Origin: a virus
Strand: one strand, 5' to 3'
Virus record (IMG/VR): IMGVR_UViG_3300042691_030495
DNA length: 64,000 nucleotides
The notes beneath the pieces are model-generated. The model worked only from the letters and a program-made list of their open reading frames with translations. It made no database searches and had not been told where the DNA came from. This document shows, one piece after another, positions 1 through 12,200 of this stretch; the stretch's first letter is position 1; each line of letters starts with the position of its first letter. The translations under genes were made by a program, and so were the position numbers.

Positions 1-2370
<2,370 letters not shown>

Positions 2371-2461
2371 GAGATTTGTCCCTTAGGATAGGCTACCTCT
2401 TACATTTTACCTGAGATATGCCTTAGTGATTATTCGCTATAAAGTAAATATAGTGTATAAT

Positions 2462-3058
2462 TTACTTTAACTTTTTTATCCAGAATGCTGCTGATATGTA
2501 TTTTGTACCAAAAGTTACAGGAAGGGGTTCGTGGTAAAAGGGGGGCACCGAGGGGAAAACTAGAATACTTCCTGCCGAGGGCTTTATTGTCACATCTTGG
2601 TCGGGGAACCTAAGCTCTCCTCCTTCATAATCATCATTTAAATACATAACAGCAGACATAAGTGGCTCAATATTTGGTTCCCCGTAGTAGTCAACGTGCG
2701 GCCCCATTGCAGCGCCTACCCTATATTTAGAGATTCCTATTGACTCTGGTTCTATGTACTCTATGTTAAATCTTTGGGCGTAGTCTTTGCCTGCGGCGTC
2801 TAGTGCTGACTTTATAGTGGTGTATATAAAAGAAACTACTTCTGAGCTTTTGCTAAGCTTAGCCTCGTCTGTATATTTTTGATGTCCAAATATTTGTTTT
2901 TCTTCTGTCCCCGAGGCTACCCATTCGCGCCATGGGTCTATTAGATCACCATTTTTTAGCTGACTGTTAGATGTTTCTAGTAGCTCTACTATATTCTTTG
3001 GATTGGGGATGGCCTGTTCATAGTAGCAAATTCTTTCTGCAAATACTTCTGGGCTCAC
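2462..3058 (-). CDS. 2OG-Fe(II) oxygenase, prolyl 4-hydroxylase-like
   Basis: HVD...YLNDDYEGGEL.F...HEP...GTKY. Start placed at the GTG overlapping the upstream stop (track gives 3085). Confidence 0.9.
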   Translation of the reverse strand: MSPEVFAERICYYEQAIPNPKNIVELLETSNSQLKNGDLIDPWREWVASGTEEKQIFGHQKYTDEAKLSKSSEVVSFIYTTIKSALDAAGKDYAQRFNIEYIEPESIGISKYRVGAAMGPHVDYYGEPNIEPLMSAVMYLNDDYEGGELRFPDQDVTIKPSAGSILVFPSVPPFYHEPLPVTFGTKYISAAFWIKKLK

Positions 3059-3792
3059 TATGCGTACTTGTTTCCTTTTTCCCACTCTTCTTTTTGCGCA
3101 GCCTGCTCAGAACGAATTCCTTTTATTTCTTCTTCCCACTTGGCTTTTGTTTCGTCTGAGTACTCTGCGTCGGCAAAATCCCAAAAAGAAACCATAGTAT
3201 ACCTAGTTCCTTTTAGTATTTCTTTTACTCCGTGGATATTCTCAACACCTCCAGGGAAACAAATATAAGAGTATGCAGCTGGCTGGAACTCTATGTTGTG
3301 TTCTGGGAAGTATAACTCTCCACCCTCGTAGTCGTTATTTAGATAAAGTATTCCAACGTACTTATTAATCTCAAAAGCGTTTGGCGTTCCATCAAAATCT
3401 GAGTTATCTGAGTGAGGCGCAGCAAAACCTCCTACATCCCATTTTTGAGCGTGAGACGTGTTTGCAACCACTTCTCTATCAAATACAGCTTCTATAGCTT
3501 CTTTAAACCTATTTCTTAGTGAGTCAAAAAACATAGGCGGTAAGTTGTATTCAGCAAGTCTTGGGTCATCTGGGTGTATTCCCATGCCGGAGGATCCGTA
3601 AAATGCTATATCTCCCCATATTTCTGAGTATGATTCGACATAGTTAATAATGCTCACAGCGGCTTCAGGGGTCACAAAATTTGGAATTTCTATAATCCTA
3701 TTTTGTGGAATTCCTAGCTCTCCTAAAGTGTTGGGAGCGTCTTTGTAAATTTTAAAAGTACTGACGTCTATGCTATCTACAAAAAGTGACAT
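3058..3792 (-). CDS. 2OG-Fe(II) oxygenase, prolyl 4-hydroxylase-like
   Basis: HSD...YLNNDYEGGELYF...HGV...GTRY. Confidence 0.9.
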   Translation of the reverse strand: MSLFVDSIDVSTFKIYKDAPNTLGELGIPQNRIIEIPNFVTPEAAVSIINYVESYSEIWGDIAFYGSSGMGIHPDDPRLAEYNLPPMFFDSLRNRFKEAIEAVFDREVVANTSHAQKWDVGGFAAPHSDNSDFDGTPNAFEINKYVGILYLNNDYEGGELYFPEHNIEFQPAAYSYICFPGGVENIHGVKEILKGTRYTMVSFWDFADAEYSDETKAKWEEEIKGIRSEQAAQKEEWEKGNKYA

Positions 3793-3794
3793 AT

Positions 3795-4490
3795 CTACTC
3801 TCCAATTTTCTCTGAGCTAGTGTTTTTGTGTGACACTATTGTCCAGAAAAACGGACAAACATATCTAATTCCAGATGTAATTTCCGTCACCCCGTGGATG
3901 TAGTTCATATCTCCTGGAAAAAAGTATGCTGATCCAGGCTTTGGCTTAAACTGTATTCCTTGATCTGGGAAGTACAACTCTCCACCCTCGTAATCGTCAT
4001 TTATGTAGAACAGTCCGGCAATGTCATAGTATGGAAAGTCATTTGGTTTACCTCGATCTTCACCAATATGTAGCTCTTTATCTGCATGCGGATATTGGAA
4101 TTGTCCAGGCAGCCACCTGACCACAGCTGCGCTGGTGGGTAGAGCATCTACGTTAAAAAATTTATCTACTTCTACTTTTAGCCTAGCTTGCATGCCTTCA
4201 ATAACTTCTACAACTTTGGGGTCTACAGAGTTTAAAGTTTCATCTGTAGCTACGCGGTCTGCCCAGTAAGAGGCGTCATAGATACATACTCCATCTTCAT
4301 TAAAATGGGACTCAGTCACATCCCAGGCTGTATTTTTACGAGCAAAATTATTTAAATACTCTAGCTCATACTCCGTCATAAAGTTGTCTAAAGAAACGAT
4401 ATTGTCTGGAGATGCTCCAAAAAAGCCGGAAGGCGTGATTGAAACCCTTACAGGGTTGGATTTGCTGTTAGTTACATTTTCTTGGCTCAT
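3795..4490 (-). CDS. 2OG-Fe(II) oxygenase, prolyl 4-hydroxylase-like
   Basis: HAD...YINDDYEGGELYF...HGV...GIRY. Confidence 0.9.
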   Translation of the reverse strand: MSQENVTNSKSNPVRVSITPSGFFGASPDNIVSLDNFMTEYELEYLNNFARKNTAWDVTESHFNEDGVCIYDASYWADRVATDETLNSVDPKVVEVIEGMQARLKVEVDKFFNVDALPTSAAVVRWLPGQFQYPHADKELHIGEDRGKPNDFPYYDIAGLFYINDDYEGGELYFPDQGIQFKPKPGSAYFFPGDMNYIHGVTEITSGIRYVCPFFWTIVSHKNTSSEKIGE

Positions 4491-4504
4491 AGTTATATCC
4501 TATA

Positions 4505-5239
4505 TTATTCGTAAACCCTACGAGTCCAAACTTGTTTTTGGTAGACGCCCCCGTCCGGGACGCGGTATTTTGCACTATTAGAGTGGTTGTTTGTGGCCAT
4601 TTCTTTGTGGGAAATATCTGCGTCTACCTCGGAATGCCAATTTTCCCTCTTAAAAGGTAGCATCTGAGCGTATGGGGTCCCTGCTGGTACAACTCCAGTA
4701 AAGCCTTTTACTACAAAAAATGGCATAGTTCCAGGAAGATTTACTTGATCATTATCTATGATTCCACTGGTAGTTAGAAATGGCAGTTCAAATCTATTAA
4801 ATGGCTGGGTGTAGAGAACGCTGTAGCCTTCTGGAACTTTTACTGCCCAGTCAGACCACCATGCAAAGTGAAATTCATGATAGCCCATGGGATGAGAAAA
4901 TTGATGCATCGGTGGGCGCACCTGAACGAAGTCTTTGTTTTTTTCATCTAAAACTTTTACTTTTATTGCTCCATTTTCTTCATAAAATTCTATGTCGCAT
5001 GGGGTACGGTATACATATCCTGTCCCCATTATGTCAAATATTGCTGGACAGGCTTTCCAAGTTGGTATTTTTCCCCCGACCATCGGATCTTGCCAATACT
5101 CTCCAGTATCTGGTTTTACTGCAAATCTATCGGCTTTTCTATACCAGTCAGGGATTGTTTGGATTGTAGGTTTAGGTACTGAATCGCTCTCCCTGGTCAG
5201 CCACGGCCTATTTCTAATAAAACTAATTAGCTGTTTCAC
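4505..5239 (-). CDS. DUF6065-related protein
   Basis: IPDWYR, TWKACPAIFD, PEGYSVLYTQPFNR and PAGTPYAQMLPFKRENW motifs. Confidence 0.6.
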   Translation of the reverse strand: MKQLISFIRNRPWLTRESDSVPKPTIQTIPDWYRKADRFAVKPDTGEYWQDPMVGGKIPTWKACPAIFDIMGTGYVYRTPCDIEFYEENGAIKVKVLDEKNKDFVQVRPPMHQFSHPMGYHEFHFAWWSDWAVKVPEGYSVLYTQPFNRFELPFLTTSGIIDNDQVNLPGTMPFFVVKGFTGVVPAGTPYAQMLPFKRENWHSEVDADISHKEMATNNHSNSAKYRVPDGGVYQKQVWTRRVYE

Positions 5240-5957
5240 TTGTAGCTCCTGTCACGGGGCATACTGTTGTTTTTAGTTTAATACTTTTTGTCTCGTGCTT
5301 TCCCATAGAAGATCCGTCATAGTTAGTAGCATTTCTATACATTTTAGACCAGTCGCCTACAGAATTTTTAGCCTCCGCTGCGTCTCCATACTTTTTTAGC
5401 TCTTCCCAGTACTCTGGTGGCATGCTTCCTTCGGTTATTGACATCTCGTAGTTATTTTGTAGGCCAGCTACTGAAATTGGTATGATTGCAGCAACTGGAG
5501 TTCCCGCTGGTATAAATATTTCTTTATTTGGTTCGGTTATTTTTATAGCTATTGGTAGTTCTCCGGGATAAAAAGACGTGCTCATAAGAGTTGTAAAAGT
5601 CTGCATTCCTCTTATGAATTGATTGGGGACTGGCATCGTTAATATAGACGTATCTTCATCTGTATTAATTAGTAGTCCGGTTTTAAAGCTTAAGCTTGCA
5701 TGGGACCTACCTGTATACACGGTATCTTCGCCCTCTAAAATTGTTACATGGTCCGGTTCATAGTTGTCTACACCATCCCACACTGCACGAATATCTCTAT
5801 CAAATGATATTCCCCAGCCAAGACCATTTGTTAGCGTTAACGGAAAACACATGTAGGCATGCTTATCAGCTGTATTGTCCATCCAGTCTCTAGTGGCTTT
5901 TAGCTGTTCTAATTTAGCTGATTCAGGTCCTAATCGTTGGACCCTTATTTTTTTCAC
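5223..5957 (-). CDS. DUF6065 family protein
   Basis: RDWMD...HAYMCFPLTLTNGLGW...PVPN...PAGTPVAAIIP. Confidence 0.7.
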   Translation of the reverse strand: MKKIRVQRLGPESAKLEQLKATRDWMDNTADKHAYMCFPLTLTNGLGWGISFDRDIRAVWDGVDNYEPDHVTILEGEDTVYTGRSHASLSFKTGLLINTDEDTSILTMPVPNQFIRGMQTFTTLMSTSFYPGELPIAIKITEPNKEIFIPAGTPVAAIIPISVAGLQNNYEMSITEGSMPPEYWEELKKYGDAAEAKNSVGDWSKMYRNATNYDGSSMGKHETKSIKLKTTVCPVTGATSETAN

Positions 5958-6706
5958 TAGTTTCCGGTCTCGATATCGAAAGCAGGCTTGTGAAACTTAT
6001 CGGAAAAATCTAACATAGTTACCATCGAGTATTTTGTACCGGATGTTACTGGCATAGCTCGGTGGGGGTACATGTAGTTAGATGGGAACACATACAAATC
6101 TCCAGCTTTAGGTTTAACAGTAACTCCTTGGATGCTGAAAGCCAGCTCTCCACCTTCATAGTTGTCGTTTGGAAAAGCCACCAAAGACACTACGCAGTTA
6201 TACGAGTACCCGTGATCGTGGTGCTCTTGAAAGTGTTGCCCTGGTCCATACTTAACGTAGTTAGTTGCCTCCCAATAGCGGAGCTCACCGATGTTGTAAT
6301 TTTTGGTGTAGTGTTTGACTGCTTGTAGCTGCCTGTAGTGAGTGTCTTCCCACAGCTTTACTAGTTTTTGTCCAGCCTCTGACTTGTCGTGTTCAATATC
6401 ACTTTTTTTGTATTTAAAGTCAAAGCAGTCTCTATACTCTGGCATTTTTACTCCGTAGCCAACTAACGCATCTTGATATGTATATCTGTTAGAAGGGTCT
6501 AATAGAACACCTTCTAGACGATTGATAACGTCCATATTTTCTTGAATTACGTTCTCGTATACCCAGATACCGGAGTTTGGGGCTATTTCTCTAGCATTAG
6601 ACCACGTTTGTTCTTGAATCTCATACCAATTTTGGAGTCTATCTTGGTGCTCTGACATCTCCTGTTTCATTCGGTCGTCTGGCTCTCCTACATGCTTATC
6701 TTGCAT
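5957..6706 (-). CDS. 2OG-Fe(II) oxygenase, prolyl 4-hydroxylase-like
   Basis: HHD...NDNYEGGEL.F...FPSNYMYPHRA...GTKY. Confidence 0.9.
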   Translation of the reverse strand: MQDKHVGEPDDRMKQEMSEHQDRLQNWYEIQEQTWSNAREIAPNSGIWVYENVIQENMDVINRLEGVLLDPSNRYTYQDALVGYGVKMPEYRDCFDFKYKKSDIEHDKSEAGQKLVKLWEDTHYRQLQAVKHYTKNYNIGELRYWEATNYVKYGPGQHFQEHHDHGYSYNCVVSLVAFPNDNYEGGELAFSIQGVTVKPKAGDLYVFPSNYMYPHRAMPVTSGTKYSMVTMLDFSDKFHKPAFDIETGN

Positions 6707-6716
6707 TTTAAACTCC

Positions 6717-7469
6717 TTAATACTTTAGCTTGTAGTCTTGAATAATTGGGGAAACTTTATGATTTACGTCGCCTCGGTCGTTATAGTCAGTCATAATTAC
6801 AACTGAATATTTGACTCCCGAGATCATATCTTGAGAAGCATGTTCATAGATATATGTGGATGGGAAAACCACGATGTCTCCAGCTTTAGGCTTAATAGAT
6901 AAGCTATTCATTCTAGGAAACCAGATCTCTCCACCCTCGTAGTCGTCGTTTAGGTATACAACAACTGATATGGTGCACACATAAGTTGGCCCGTGGTCTG
7001 CGTGAACTTTAAAGTGGGTTCCCGGTCCGTCATATTTTACAAAATTAAAAGCTTCGTAAGATGCAATACCTACGCCCCAGTATTGACCGTAATCATCTAC
7101 ACATTGGCGGACCGCTTGAAAGACTCCTTCGTGAACATCGTAGAGTTCGGCGTTGTGTTCATTGCGCGGGCCTAAACCAGTGGAGTTTATTTTAAAATCT
7201 AAAGCATTTCTTGCTTGTAGATCAACTTCCGAAGACGAGGTGACTCGAGCGCCGTTCCAGCCATACCTGCCACCACTACTTAAGTTTTTCTCTAGCGTAT
7301 CAATATAGCTTTTACCTTGTTCCTTGGTAATTGCTCCACTATACACGTTAATACCTAGGGCAGGGTTAGCTACACTGATATTTGGATTGTGCAGCGATGC
7401 CCTATCTGGCATTCTATTTGCTGAGGTCTCTGACCTATCTTTTGTAAACCAATCATTCATACTGTACAT
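6717..7469 (-). CDS. 2OG-Fe(II) oxygenase, prolyl 4-hydroxylase-like
   Basis: HAD...YLNDDYEGGEIWF...HAS...GVKY. May start leaderless at 7460, after TAGGAT. Confidence 0.9.
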   Translation of the reverse strand: MYSMNDWFTKDRSETSANRMPDRASLHNPNISVANPALGINVYSGAITKEQGKSYIDTLEKNLSSGGRYGWNGARVTSSSEVDLQARNALDFKINSTGLGPRNEHNAELYDVHEGVFQAVRQCVDDYGQYWGVGIASYEAFNFVKYDGPGTHFKVHADHGPTYVCTISVVVYLNDDYEGGEIWFPRMNSLSIKPKAGDIVVFPSTYIYEHASQDMISGVKYSVVIMTDYNDRGDVNHKVSPIIQDYKLKY

Positions 7470-7523
7470 CCTACAGCATTTTTTAAAATTTGCTGTAAAA
7501 ACAGTGATAAATCTTACTGGTGT

Positions 7524-8363
7524 CTAAACTGCTCTAACCCGGAAGCCAGGAGGGAAGAAAGGGAACCTAGGCGGGAAGAACGGGAAGAAAGGGAACCTAG
7601 GCGGGAAGAACGGGAAGAAAGGGAACCTAGGCGGGAAGAACGGGAAGAAAGGAGGGAAGAATGGGAAGAACGGGAAGAATGGGAAAAACGGGAAGAACGG
7701 CGGGAAGAAAGGAAAAAATGGTGGAAAGAATGGAGGAGTTGTGTTTTGAATAGAAAGGGGGGAAAACTCCGAGTTACCGTTAGCATTAATTGCTCTTACT
7801 TTATACTGCTGAGAAGTGTTAGCTTCCTGAAGCACGTTTGCTGAAGTTGATGCAGTAGTGTCTGATTTAGAGTCTGTACTCTCCCAGTAATAAGAAGTTA
7901 TTGCAGATCCGCCAGTTGCAGGGGCTGACCAAGAGACCGCGTCAATTTGGTTAGCGTTAGATCCTGGATTTGTTGTGTTAGCAGTAGAGTTAGTGACTGT
8001 AGGGGCGTTTGGTGTTGCTGGCACAGTGGTCACGGCTACTGTTGTTGTTGCAGAAGAGGCTGATGTTCCTGCTGCATTTGTTGCAGTCACGCTAATGGTA
8101 TAAGTTACTGCAGAAGTTAGAGTCTCTACCACTACTGGAGATGAAGACCCTGTTCCAGTCCTAGTTGTTTCTCCAGAAGCCGTAGCGGTTACGGTGTAAG
8201 AAGTTGCTTCTGGTGAGGTGGCAGGTAGAGAAAAAGCTACGCTTGCTGCACCATTGTTAAATCCCCTGTTTGTTCCTACGTTTGTAGCAACTATGTTAAT
8301 AGGAGCCGATGGCTCTAAAGAGTCATTTTGCTGTTGGGAACGCTTGCCAGGTGATTTGCTCAT
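7524..8363 (-). CDS. Two-Fn3-domain protein with C-terminal Pro/Phe repeat tail
   Basis: Fn3 motifs (PSAP, YTVTA, VTATNAAGTS; WSAP..GGSAITSY, YKVRAINANGNS), then PPFFPPFFPFFPP...PPRFPFFPPGFRVRAV. Confidence 0.85.
   Translation of the reverse strand: MSKSPGKRSQQQNDSLEPSAPINIVATNVGTNRGFNNGAASVAFSLPATSPEATSYTVTATASGETTRTGTGSSSPVVVETLTSAVTYTISVTATNAAGTSASSATTTVAVTTVPATPNAPTVTNSTANTTNPGSNANQIDAVSWSAPATGGSAITSYYWESTDSKSDTTASTSANVLQEANTSQQYKVRAINANGNSEFSPLSIQNTTPPFFPPFFPFFPPFFPFFPFFPFFPFFPPFFPFFPPRFPFFPFFPPRFPFFPFFPPRFPFFPPGFRVRAV
7552..7738 (-). repeat. Pro/Phe-coding repeat, including three exact 30-bp tandem units
   Basis: The unit gggaagaaagggaacctaggcgggaagaac (+ strand) occurs three times from 7552, followed by degenerate 9/12-bp units. 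Confidence 0.95.
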
Positions 8364-8389
8364 AATATGTCATTCTACCTTAGATTTAA

Positions 8390-9250
8390 TTAAGCCTTTA
8401 GGTCTCCAAAGACCAGCCAAGTGTTTGCAGCTACCTTAGTCAGGGATACTGAAGAATTCAACGCCCTAAAGACCAATCCAGGTGTATACAAAAGAGTCAC
8501 AGACGCTCCTTGCACAATAGAAGCTCCTCCAGCTCCCACGCTCTGGTAGAAGTTGAGGGTAGTCCCAATTGGGAAAGTGATTGAGTTAGTAGTGTCTGCA
8601 TCTACTGTAACACTATAAGCTCCGCCAATTGCAGTTAGTGAGTCTCTATATGTTAAGGGCTGAGGTAGTGTTGATGTGGTGGCATTGGCTGTAATGGCAG
8701 CTTTGATCGGAGTAAGCGACGGTACACCCTGCAATGTCTGAGTTCCATCGGAAAACGCAATGCCGCTAGCACCAACGGTTACTGTTCCTGTAAATGTTGG
8801 GGATGCCTTAGGAGCTAGGGTGGTGTCTGTTGGGTGAACGTGATCTGCTCTAGCATACTTTAAAGATGTACCAGCTGCAGCAGTGCCGTCAGCTTCCGGA
8901 GTGGCTGAAGCAGCTTGACCAACAACAAATGCAGTAGTTGCAATCTGTGTGTCGTTTTGGTCAGCGGTTGCTGTTGGTGCTACTGGTGTTCCGGTAAACG
9001 ACGGGCTTGCTAGTGGTGCCTTGTCCTCGAGTTGGTCTTGAATAGAGGAGGTTACGCCAGCTACGTAGCCAATCTCTGTTGACGTGGTAGTGGCAGCTAC
9101 AAGATATCCGTCAACATCTGAAACAATGTCTCGACTTGCAGTGTACTGCGCGCGGTTTGGTGTCCAAACCTCTCCAGACCAAGTCCAAGTTCGGTCATTG
9201 TACGTATACTCATCGCCAACTTCTGGTTCTGCAGGAAAATTAATAGGCAT
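8390..9250 (-). CDS. Tail-fibre-like virion protein
   Basis: MPINFP..P.VGD.Y N-terminus, KAPLASPSFTGTPVAPT and YARADHVHP repeats, C-terminal FPIGT...NTWLVFGDL module. Confidence 0.8.
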   Translation of the reverse strand: MPINFPAEPEVGDEYTYNDRTWTWSGEVWTPNRAQYTASRDIVSDVDGYLVAATTTSTEIGYVAGVTSSIQDQLEDKAPLASPSFTGTPVAPTATADQNDTQIATTAFVVGQAASATPEADGTAAAGTSLKYARADHVHPTDTTLAPKASPTFTGTVTVGASGIAFSDGTQTLQGVPSLTPIKAAITANATTSTLPQPLTYRDSLTAIGGAYSVTVDADTTNSITFPIGTTLNFYQSVGAGGASIVQGASVTLLYTPGLVFRALNSSVSLTKVAANTWLVFGDLKA

Positions 9251-12200
9251 TATGCTTGTGCCTCTGTCCATGCTAGACGACCGCTGAATGACGCAGTTGA
9301 TGACGATAGGTTAGTTACAACGATGGTTAGTGTGTCTGGGCCATCTGGATAAATGCCTGAGTTAGAGGTTGTACCTCCACCACCAAGCACACAGTTGCCA
9401 AGGTCGCGAAGGCGGCTCAGCTCGATTGAGTCAGTACCCTGAGACAAGAAACCACCAGTAATTTCACCACCGGAGACAGTTACGTTACCATTTGTACGAT
9501 AGTCAGCAATTTGAGCCAGAGATGAGTTGGCTGTTCCTGTTTCAGCGAAGTTTGGAGTGGTCCAGGCGACTGAAGCTGAAGGCACTGCGTTCAAGTATGC
9601 ACGCACTAGATAGTTTGTACTCGCTGAGGTTGTGGTCACACCAAGGCTGTTCATCTTAAGCTGCATGCGGTTGATGATTTCACGCTGTCCAAAGTTAGCG
9701 CTAATGCCATTATCTACAGATGGAGCTAAACGGATTGAGAACAGTGCTTTCGATCCATTCGCTGGGATTGAAACGGTTCCAGTCTGACCGTAGGTAAAGA
9801 TGAGAGACGCATCATCGTCGAAACGACCATCCATAATTACCGACGTTCCCCAGTGGGAGATGGACGGTGCAAATGAAGGATACGCCAACTCCACCGAAGT
9901 GGGTGCAGTATCTACGTGGGTGTAGGTCTGAGCAGTCGCACCCATTGGTGCAAAAATCAGTGTTGGGTTAGATGAAGTGATTGCAGTATTTAAAGTGACT
10001 ACAGTACCGGCAATGTTTGTGATAAACGCACCATCTGGGGCTGGGCTAGGAGATGTGCTAGAAAACACGCGCTGTCCAACTTGAAGTCCAGTTGCATCTG
10101 AAACAATTCCTGAGTTAGATCCAGTAGTCCAAGTAGTGGCTACAGCGGTTGCACCAGCACCACCACGAGTTAGACCGGTGAAAGTGGTTGCAGTCTTGCC
10201 AGTGTAGTTTACGTACTCTTGCAATAGTCCAGCCTGGTTATCAGTAGTACTAGGGCGAATAATAAGAGTTCCTGATGAAGGGAACGCAGAGGTGTCAAGC
10301 ACTGTCATGGTTGTGTCAGTGCTTGAGAGACTCTCATCAACACGGGTAGTTGGTGGCAGCGTGGAAGACTCGTAGCGAGCTGGGAGGTTTCCAGAACGCA
10401 TATACGCTTCGTTGTTGACGTTGTTGTTCTTCATCTTGTGAACGTAGAACACGTTGCCGTCTTCACCACGGAGGCCCCAGCGAATAAAGCCAGCACCATA
10501 CCAAGAGTAGTCAATGTAGAACATCTGCATCTTCGTTAAGTCAACGGTGTAGCCAGAAGGTCCAGTACCGTCACACTTGTCTAAGTTGAACTGAGACTGA
10601 GGAATACGAACATCAATAGTCTTTGAAATACTCACGTGAGACGCGCTAGCAGCACGATATGAAGGTGAAATCGTGAAGTTAGGGGTAGCTGATATGTCAT
10701 CAACCGCGATAACTCGGTATGACTGTCCGCGGATTACTACATAGTCGCCTGGGATTAGCTGGCTAGAGTATGCAGTTGGGAATGAAGAACTAGTACGGGT
10801 AACTACGTTAGAGCCTTGAGTTACAGTTGAGCGACCAGAGAGCTGCTGAGTAGATGAGCGCTTTACAACATATAGACCTTGGCCATCAAACTCCCAGAAA
10901 ACACCGTTTTGAGAGTCAAACTGACCTAGTCGGTTAGCTGATCCGTACCAAGAGTTTACGTTTAGGTTTACGATACCAGTAGCTGGTCCAGCAGCAGATG
11001 TCGCCATCTCGTATGTAAATGTGTTAAAGCCAGTAATCTGGGCTACGCTGAATGTTCCGTTGTATGGAGCTTCGTTTGCACCCGCAACTAGGATCGAGGT
11101 TCCTGGCTGAATGTTGTGCTGCTCTTTAGTGGTAACAGTGGCAGTAGTTCCAGACGAGGTAATACCATCGATGGTTGCATATGGCTTAAAGATTGTTCCA
11201 GATGAAATTTGAAGACCCTTACCTGACTGGTAACGGAAGTAACGTCTAGTCTGACGAATTGCAGCTTCGTAGTTTGAGCTTGCGTTAGCAGAGAACAAAA
11301 CACCACCATCAAATGCACGGTGCAAGAACTGAGCCTGCGGACGTACATAAATAGACGCGTTTGTTGCAGTTAAGCCAGAAGGAGTGCCTTCAGTAGGGTC
11401 GGCGTAATAAACAAAAGTGGTTGGGGTGGCTACTGTTGCCACGCGGTATGAGCCGTTTGGTGGATTAGTTCCAGTGATACCAGTCACCGCAATTGTGTTA
11501 CCAATTGATAGCCCGTGAGGAACAGTAGTCGTTACATTCACCTTAAGATCTGAACCTGAAACCGTAACGGTTGGAGTTCCACCAATTTTTGCGTTGGTGT
11601 ATAAGTTAGCAACGTAAATTGCAGTCTTGTTTGGGTCGAGAATGTCTGTAACAGTGGTTTTGTTTTGAGCACGACCTAGGTAGGTAAATGTTCCAGTACC
11701 TCCACCTGACTCGATCAAGAAGTTACCGTTTGCCTCTGAAAGAAAAGTATCCTGTACGTTTACTGCAGTTCCGGTAACAGGGGCAACACCGGCAATAGCC
11801 TGACCTGAAGTCCAAGTCTCTGTTCCTGTTGTTGAATTTACAACTGCAAAAGTTGTGGTGCTTGGGGTTGAGTAGATTAAGTAAGTTCCGTTATAACCAG
11901 AAATTGATGATCCAGAAATAGTCACGTATTGCCCTGTTGAAAAACCGTGAGCCGCAGAAGTTGTGTATTGAACGTAGCCAGAAAATGGGGTGGATGGGTC
12001 AGCGCCAGTTACAGTTGCTGTAGTTGTAGAAAGTGTCACTGTCACAACGCGAGCGTTTGTTGACATGCTTATTCCAGAAACGTTAGGGATTGCAGTTGCT
12101 GAGGGTGCTGCAAAAGGACGGTTGTTGGTTACGGCTAGATTCTCCCACTTAGATTGCTGGGTACCGTACTCAAAGTCGGTATCGATCAGCGCCTGAGCGG

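Noticed and set aside
7552-7650. 30-bp repeats as a CRISPR array
   Set aside because: The repeats are head-to-tail with no spacers, they are coding, and there are no cas genes.
7514-7786. Ser/Arg-rich 90-aa ORF
   Set aside because: It is an alternative frame of the Pro/Phe repeat, with no start signals.
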